This document shows, piece by piece, positions 58,806 through 64,000 of a DNA stretch of 64,000 nt. Position 1 is the first letter of the stretch. Each line of letters begins with the position of its first letter. The DNA is from Gemmatimonadota bacterium. GTDB lineage: Bacteria; Gemmatimonadota; Gemmatimonadetes; Palauibacterales; Palauibacteraceae. The stretch lies in assembly GCA_965116475.1 (NCBI GenBank), contig OZ220691.1, positions 2,528,001-2,592,000 of the forward strand, given 5' to 3'. A program made the translations under genes and the position numbers. The notes beneath the pieces are model-generated. The model was not told the DNA's origin, did no database searches, and saw nothing but the letters and a program-made list of their open reading frames with translations.

Positions 58806-61366
58806 AATCTCCCCCGAACGTCACCGCTGCCACCGTCCGGGCCGCGAGGCTCCGCACGGCGTGGATCGACGCCGCAGCGGTCGTCGTCGCGGTCGCCGCC
58901 GGGTGGACCGCCGCCGCACCCCCGCTCCACGGGCAGGACGTCGCCCGCTTCGAACCCGCCCCCGCGCGCGACAATGCCTTCGCGCTCACGCTCGAGTCCA
59001 TCATGCGAGGCTCCGAGCACGTCGGGCAGGCGCCCGTCGGCGTCACCTGGTCCGACGACGGCGAGTGGATCTACTTCCGCTGGCTGCCGGGCGGCGCCGA
59101 GTGGCACGAGCAGCGCGCCCTCTACCGCGTCCGCTCCAGCGGCGGCACGCCCGAGCGGCTCGAGGACGAGGAAGAACTTCGCCTCGGACCCATCCTCGCG
59201 TCGGGCGATGTCTCTCCCGATGGCCGGTGGCGCGTGACGTCCTCCGACGGAGACCTCTATCTCATCGAACGGGACGGCGCCGCGACCCGGAGGCTCACCC
59301 ACACCGCGGACGCCGAGATGAGTCCCGTCTTCTCCGGTGACGGCGCCTCCATCTTCTTCCGCCGCGGCAACAACCTCTTCGCCTTCGATATCGACGACGG
59401 CGAGATCCGGCAACTCACCGCGGTGGGCGGGCCGGAGCAACCCGAAGACCCCGAGGCGGAAGGGCACAAGGCCTTCCTCGAGGAGCAGCAGCGGGAGCTG
59501 TTCGAGCACATCCGCGTGCAGGACCTCCGGGAGGAGCGGGCCGAGGAGCGCCGGGAACTCCGCGAGGCCGGACAGCGCGAGACGCTGCACCTCGCGCAGG
59601 GCGAGCGCGCCCAGTCATTCGTCGCAGACCCCACCGGCACGTGGATCGCGGTCACCGCGACCCGCGGCAGCTTCAACGATGGCGGCCGCCGCACCGACAT
59701 CCCCCTGTGGATCACGGAGTCCGGGTACACCGAGAACACCGAGATGCGTCCGAAGGTGGGCGACGAACAGGGCGAGTCCCGGCTCGCCGTGGTCCATGCC
59801 GAGACGGGCGAAGCCGTTTGGCTCGACCTCACCGGCGACGGCTCGGACCCCGAATCCGGGGCGGCGGAATCCGACCCCGAATCCGAGGCGGAATTCGGGG
59901 CGGCGGACGACGCCGAGTCGGACGACCGCCTCGCCGTGGCCAGCTTCGCGGGCTGGAACGAGGCGGGCTCCCACGGTCTCGTATTCGCGGTGGACTACGA
60001 CTACAAGACGTGGCGCCTCTACGCCTACGAAGCGGCGACCGGCGCCCTGACGCTGCTGGACACCCACTACGATGAGGCGTGGGTCGGCGGCCCCTGCTTC
60101 GGCTTCCAGGGCGCCGGCTGCATCGGCTGGTTCCCGGCTGGGGAATCAGGCGAGATGCCGCGCGCCTGGTACGTGAGCGAGGAGACGGGCTACTCCCACC
60201 TGTACGCGATCGACGCCGATGGCGGCGACAAGGAGGCGCTCACGGCCGGCGAGTGGGAGGTCCTCGGCGTGACGGTTCCCGATGGATGGGATGCCTTCCT
60301 CCTCCAGACGAGCGAACTCTCCCCCTTCGACCAGCACCCGTGGCGCATGGAGTTCGACGGCTCCGACCGCGTCCAGCTCCTCGAGGGAGAGGGATCGTTC
60401 ACCGTCACGCCGTCGCCCGACGGACGCCGCTTCGCCGTCCTCCATTCGCGCGCGGACCGGCCGCCCGAACTCCATGTCGCCGACGCCGCGCCGGGCGCCG
60501 CGCTGACGCAGGTCACGACCTCCCCCACCGATACGTGGCTCGGCTTCTCCTGGCTCCGGCCCGAGATCGTGCACTTCGAGGCCCGCGACGGGACGCCGGT
60601 GCCCGCCCGCATCTACCGGCCCGCCGACTTCGGGGTCGAACCCAACGGCGCCGGCGTCATCTTCGTTCACGGGGCGGGGTACCTGCACAACGTCCACAAC
60701 TGGTGGTCGAACTACTACCGCGAGTACATGTTCCACCACTTCCTGGCGGCCCAGGGCTACACGGTGCTCGACATCGACTACCGCGGCTCCGCCGGCTACG
60801 GGCGCGACTGGCGCACGGCGATCTACCGGCACATGGGCGGCTGGGACCTCTCCGACCAGGTGGACGGCGCCGCCTACCTCGTCCGCGAGGAGGGCGTCGA
60901 CCCCGACCGCATGGGGATCTACGGCGGCTCGTACGGCGGCTTCATCACGCTGATGGCGCTCTTCACCGCGCCCGAATCCTTCGCGGCGGGCGGCGCGCTC
61001 CGCGCCGTGACCGACTGGGCGCACTACAACCACTGGTACACGAGCCGCATCCTCAACCTCCCCCACGAGGACGAGGAGGCGTACCGCCAGTCCTCCCCCA
61101 TCTACTTCGCCGAGGGGTTCGAGGGACACCTCCTCATCGCGCACGGGATGTATGACACGAACGTGCATTTCTCCGATGTCGTGCGCCTCGCCCAGCGTCT
61201 CATAGAACTGGGGAAGGAGAACTGGGAGATGGCCGTGTATCCGGTGGAGAACCACGGTTTCGCGGAGCCCTCGTCGTGGACCGACGAATACCGGCGCATC
61301 TACGAGTTGTTCGAGCGCGTGATCGGCGGCGGCCGCGGGGCGTCGGCGAACGGGGAGGGTGGCTGA
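58802..61366 (+). CDS. S9-family (DPP IV-like) prolyl oligopeptidase
   Basis: Propeller repeats, DYRGSAGYG, GGSYGG, HGMYDTNV, ENHGF (Ser-Asp-His triad); GTGA overlap. Confidence 0.93.
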   Translation: MKSPPNVTAATVRAARLRTAWIDAAAVVVAVAAGWTAAAPPLHGQDVARFEPAPARDNAFALTLESIMRGSEHVGQAPVGVTWSDDGEWIYFRWLPGGAEWHEQRALYRVRSSGGTPERLEDEEELRLGPILASGDVSPDGRWRVTSSDGDLYLIERDGAATRRLTHTADAEMSPVFSGDGASIFFRRGNNLFAFDIDDGEIRQLTAVGGPEQPEDPEAEGHKAFLEEQQRELFEHIRVQDLREERAEERRELREAGQRETLHLAQGERAQSFVADPTGTWIAVTATRGSFNDGGRRTDIPLWITESGYTENTEMRPKVGDEQGESRLAVVHAETGEAVWLDLTGDGSDPESGAAESDPESEAEFGAADDAESDDRLAVASFAGWNEAGSHGLVFAVDYDYKTWRLYAYEAATGALTLLDTHYDEAWVGGPCFGFQGAGCIGWFPAGESGEMPRAWYVSEETGYSHLYAIDADGGDKEALTAGEWEVLGVTVPDGWDAFLLQTSELSPFDQHPWRMEFDGSDRVQLLEGEGSFTVTPSPDGRRFAVLHSRADRPPELHVADAAPGAALTQVTTSPTDTWLGFSWLRPEIVHFEARDGTPVPARIYRPADFGVEPNGAGVIFVHGAGYLHNVHNWWSNYYREYMFHHFLAAQGYTVLDIDYRGSAGYGRDWRTAIYRHMGGWDLSDQVDGAAYLVREEGVDPDRMGIYGGSYGGFITLMALFTAPESFAAGGALRAVTDWAHYNHWYTSRILNLPHEDEEAYRQSSPIYFAEGFEGHLLIAHGMYDTNVHFSDVVRLAQRLIELGKENWEMAVYPVENHGFAEPSSWTDEYRRIYELFERVIGGGRGASANGEGG

Positions 61367-64000
61367 ACACACGGGCGCCGCTCGCGGCGGCCCTCCTCGC
61401 GGCGGCCCCCCTCCTCGCGGCGTGCGGGGCGCCGGACCCCGGACCATGGGTCGAGGCGGACGGATACCGCTGGCGGGAGTTGCGGCCGCGGGGATCGGGC
61501 GGCTTCCGGCCGCTCGATGCTTCCGATCTCGGCGTGTCCTTCCTGTACGACGTCGACGAAGAGGCGCGCCTCCGCAACCGGGTGCTCGCGGAAGGGCAGG
61601 GCGTCGCGATCGGAGATGTCGACGGCGACGGCCTGGCGGACCTCTTCCTCGCCGGCTTCGGGCGCTCGAGCGCGCTCTACCGCAACCTCGGCGGCTGGCG
61701 CTTCGAGGAGATCACGCCGGCCGCGCTCGCCCTCGAGGATGTGCTCCCGAGAGGCGCCACGCTCGTCGACATCGATGGAGACGATGACCTCGATCTCGTG
61801 ATTGCGGTCCACGGCGGCCGGAACCGGATCTTCCTCGGTGACGGCGCGGGCGGCTTCGCGGAATTGGAGGATGCGGGCCTCACCGGGGCGTGGGGGAGCA
61901 CGACGTCTACGCTGGCCGACACCGATGGCGACGGCGACCTCGACCTCTATGTCGCCAACTACAAGACGCGGCAGGTCGACGACCTCTATCCGCCGGAGGT
62001 CCTCGACATCAACCACCTGCAGCGCGGCGAGGACGGCGATCTCGTCATCCCTCCGGAACTGCGGGAACTCTACGACGAGCACTACCGCGTGGAGTTCGAT
62101 GGCCGCTTCGTGCGCCGCTTCGAGCTTGGCGAGCCGGACGAGTACTACGTTGGTCTCGGGGATGGAAGGTTCGCGCCCGCGGCCCCCGGACCGCCCCTCA
62201 CGCGTTCCCGCGGGAACGTCCCGGCGCCGGCTCGCGACTGGGGACTCGCGGCGAGGTTCAGCGACTGGGACGAGGACGGCGACCCGGACCTCTACGTGGC
62301 GAACGACTTCAACAGCGAGGACGGCATCTGGATCAACCGCGGCGACGGGACGTTCGCGCCCGCCCCGGCCGCGGCCGTCCGCACGACGAGCCTCTCATCG
62401 ATGGCGGTCGATGTCGGCGACCTCGACCGCGATGGCGACCTCGACCTCCTCACCACCGACATGCTCGCCCGGGACGCGGCGGAGCGCCTCGTCCAGACCC
62501 CGAGCTACGAGGCCGTTCCCGAGCGGCCCGGCCTCGCGGACACGAGAGTGCAGGTGAACCGCAACGCGGTCCAGCTCAACCGGGGGGACGGAACGTTCGC
62601 CGAGGCGGCGTGGGAACTCGGGCTCGCCGCCTCCGACTGGACGTGGGGCGCGCTCATCATGGACGCGGACCTGGACGGCTGGAACGACATCCTCGTCACG
62701 ACGGGACACGCGTGGGATCAGCTGGACGGCGATGCGAATGCCCGCGTGGCGGCGATCCCCGGGCTGCCGGCGGATCAGGCTCTGCGCATGTTCCCGCCGC
62801 TCGCGCAGCCGAACGTCGCCTTCCGCGGAGGAGAGGACGGCTTCACCGACGTCAGCGAGCCTTGGCGCTGGGGACACGAGGCGGACATCTCGCACGGCCT
62901 CGCGGCGGGCGATCTCGACCGCGACGGCGACCTCGATGTCGTCGTGACCAGGCTCGGCGCGCCGCCCGTCATGTACCGCAACGACGCGGCCGCGCCCCGC
63001 ATTCTCGTGCGTCTGCGGGGGACGGGCCCCAACACGCGCGGCATCGGCGCCCGGATCCGCCTCGCTGGACCCCTCGCTGGACCCCTCGCTGGATCCCTCG
63101 CTGGGGCCGGTGGGGTTCCCGCCCAGGTGCGCGAGATCACGGCGGGCGGCGCCTATCTCTCCTCGTCGGAGCCCGTTGCCAGCTTCGCCGCCGCGGCGGA
63201 CGGAGAGATGATCATCACCGTCGACTGGCCGGACGGCCGCCGCACGCGGTTGGAAGGCGTCGTCGCGAACCGCGAGTACGTCATCGACGACGCCACCGCG
63301 GAGCCGGGGGTCCCCGACCCGGCCGCCGTGCCCGACCCGGCGGCGGCGGCCGAGGCCACAACCCACTTCGTGGATATCTCGGACCGGCTCGGACACCGGC
63401 ATGTCGAATCGCCCTTCGACGACCGGCTCCGGCAGCCGCTCCTGCCCCATTCGTTCGATCGTCCCGGCCCGGGCGTGTCGTGGATCGACGTCGAGGACGA
63501 TGGCGATGCGGATCTCGTGGTCGGGAGCGGCCGGGGGGGCAGCCCGGTCCTGATGCGGAACGAGGGCGACGGCTTCGCCGCCCCGCGGGCCCTCGTGCCC
63601 GCGCTGGCGTGGGACGCGACCGCCGTGCTGCCGCATCACTCACCCGACGGTCACGTCGCGCTGCTCATCGGCACGAGCGCGTACGAGGCGGGCTCGCCCG
63701 CGGAGGCCGCGGCCGTCCCCGCGGTCATCGCGGCGCCGCTCGGCGCGTCCGCGCCCACGCCCCCGCTCATCGAAGCCCCCGGCGCCCCGCCCGGTCAGCT
63801 CCCCGCCGCGACCGGCCCGCTCGCCCAGGCCGACATCGACGGCGACGGTGACCTCGACCTCTTCGTGGGCGGACGCGTCGCCCCCGGCGCCTATCCTCTC
63901 GCCGTGGACTCCCGCCTCCTGATCCACGACGGCGACGCCCTGCGCGCCGATGCGGAGCGCTCCCTCCCCTTCGCGCGCCTCGGGCTCGTCTCCGCCGCCC
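61363..64000 (+). CDS. FG-GAP/VCBS-repeat lipoprotein with an ASPIC/UnbV domain, truncated by the window end
   Basis: Open frame from 61363 to the end: LLAA-C lipobox, repeated D-x-D-G-D-G-D-x-D-L motifs, NTRGIGARI, GGAYLSS, VDWPDG. Missing from the ORF track because there is no stop; start uncertain. Confidence 0.9.
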   Translation, partial: MNTRAPLAAALLAAAPLLAACGAPDPGPWVEADGYRWRELRPRGSGGFRPLDASDLGVSFLYDVDEEARLRNRVLAEGQGVAIGDVDGDGLADLFLAGFGRSSALYRNLGGWRFEEITPAALALEDVLPRGATLVDIDGDDDLDLVIAVHGGRNRIFLGDGAGGFAELEDAGLTGAWGSTTSTLADTDGDGDLDLYVANYKTRQVDDLYPPEVLDINHLQRGEDGDLVIPPELRELYDEHYRVEFDGRFVRRFELGEPDEYYVGLGDGRFAPAAPGPPLTRSRGNVPAPARDWGLAARFSDWDEDGDPDLYVANDFNSEDGIWINRGDGTFAPAPAAAVRTTSLSSMAVDVGDLDRDGDLDLLTTDMLARDAAERLVQTPSYEAVPERPGLADTRVQVNRNAVQLNRGDGTFAEAAWELGLAASDWTWGALIMDADLDGWNDILVTTGHAWDQLDGDANARVAAIPGLPADQALRMFPPLAQPNVAFRGGEDGFTDVSEPWRWGHEADISHGLAAGDLDRDGDLDVVVTRLGAPPVMYRNDAAAPRILVRLRGTGPNTRGIGARIRLAGPLAGPLAGSLAGAGGVPAQVREITAGGAYLSSSEPVASFAAAADGEMIITVDWPDGRRTRLEGVVANREYVIDDATAEPGVPDPAAVPDPAAAAEATTHFVDISDRLGHRHVESPFDDRLRQPLLPHSFDRPGPGVSWIDVEDDGDADLVVGSGRGGSPVLMRNEGDGFAAPRALVPALAWDATAVLPHHSPDGHVALLIGTSAYEAGSPAEAAAVPAVIAAPLGASAPTPPLIEAPGAPPGQLPAATGPLAQADIDGDGDLDLFVGGRVAPGAYPLAVDSRLLIHDGDALRADAERSLPFARLGLVSAA
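63061..63104 (+). repeat. 12-bp in-frame tandem repeat, about 3.7 copies
   Basis: CTCGCTGGACCC x2, CTCGCTGGATCC, CTCGCTGG, encoding LAGP-LAGP-LAGS-LAG. Confidence 0.9.

Noticed and set aside
61359..63851. ORF-track entries 61359..61787 and 61890..63851
   Set aside because: Wrong frames; the FG-GAP motifs are in the open frame starting at 61363.

Overview
GC-rich bacterial chromosomal segment. The gene content (SusC/SusD pairs, VPS10/BNR and FG-GAP/ASPIC proteins, CtaG starting MQWWC) suggests Gemmatimonadota; this is an inference only. Left to right: partial PBP1A, tyrS, then a 16-kb array of three tandem, closely related SusC/SusD pairs with no enzyme or regulator. The array shows patchwork identity between copies and a possible stop-codon/RBS pairing helix. 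Next come folK-aroB and a degenerate acyl-CoA ligase, an unusual NYN-LOTUS-LOTUS-disordered-HhH protein abutting mpg, an NhaC transporter with lysA, an M1 peptidase, a DEAD-box helicase, ggt, a Tat amidase with a small GatC/AtzG-like partner, and a probable 6S RNA. Housekeeping and envelope genes follow (acyl-CoA synthetase, cutA, ctaG, SCO, DUF445, DUF1499, nucleotidyltransferase, LeuA-like, isocitrate/isopropylmalate dehydrogenase family, gcdH), then a BNR hydrolase, MBL hydrolase, mmuM and cbs. A 1.8-kb lower-GC islet encodes a HipA-like kinase, a HipS-like/HIRAN protein and a small antitoxin-like orphan ORF. The window ends with ybaN, tRNA-Arg(TCG), an S9 peptidase and a truncated FG-GAP/ASPIC lipoprotein. 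No CRISPR array, integrase or transposase was seen. All calls come from reading motifs by eye; no searches or folding programs were run.
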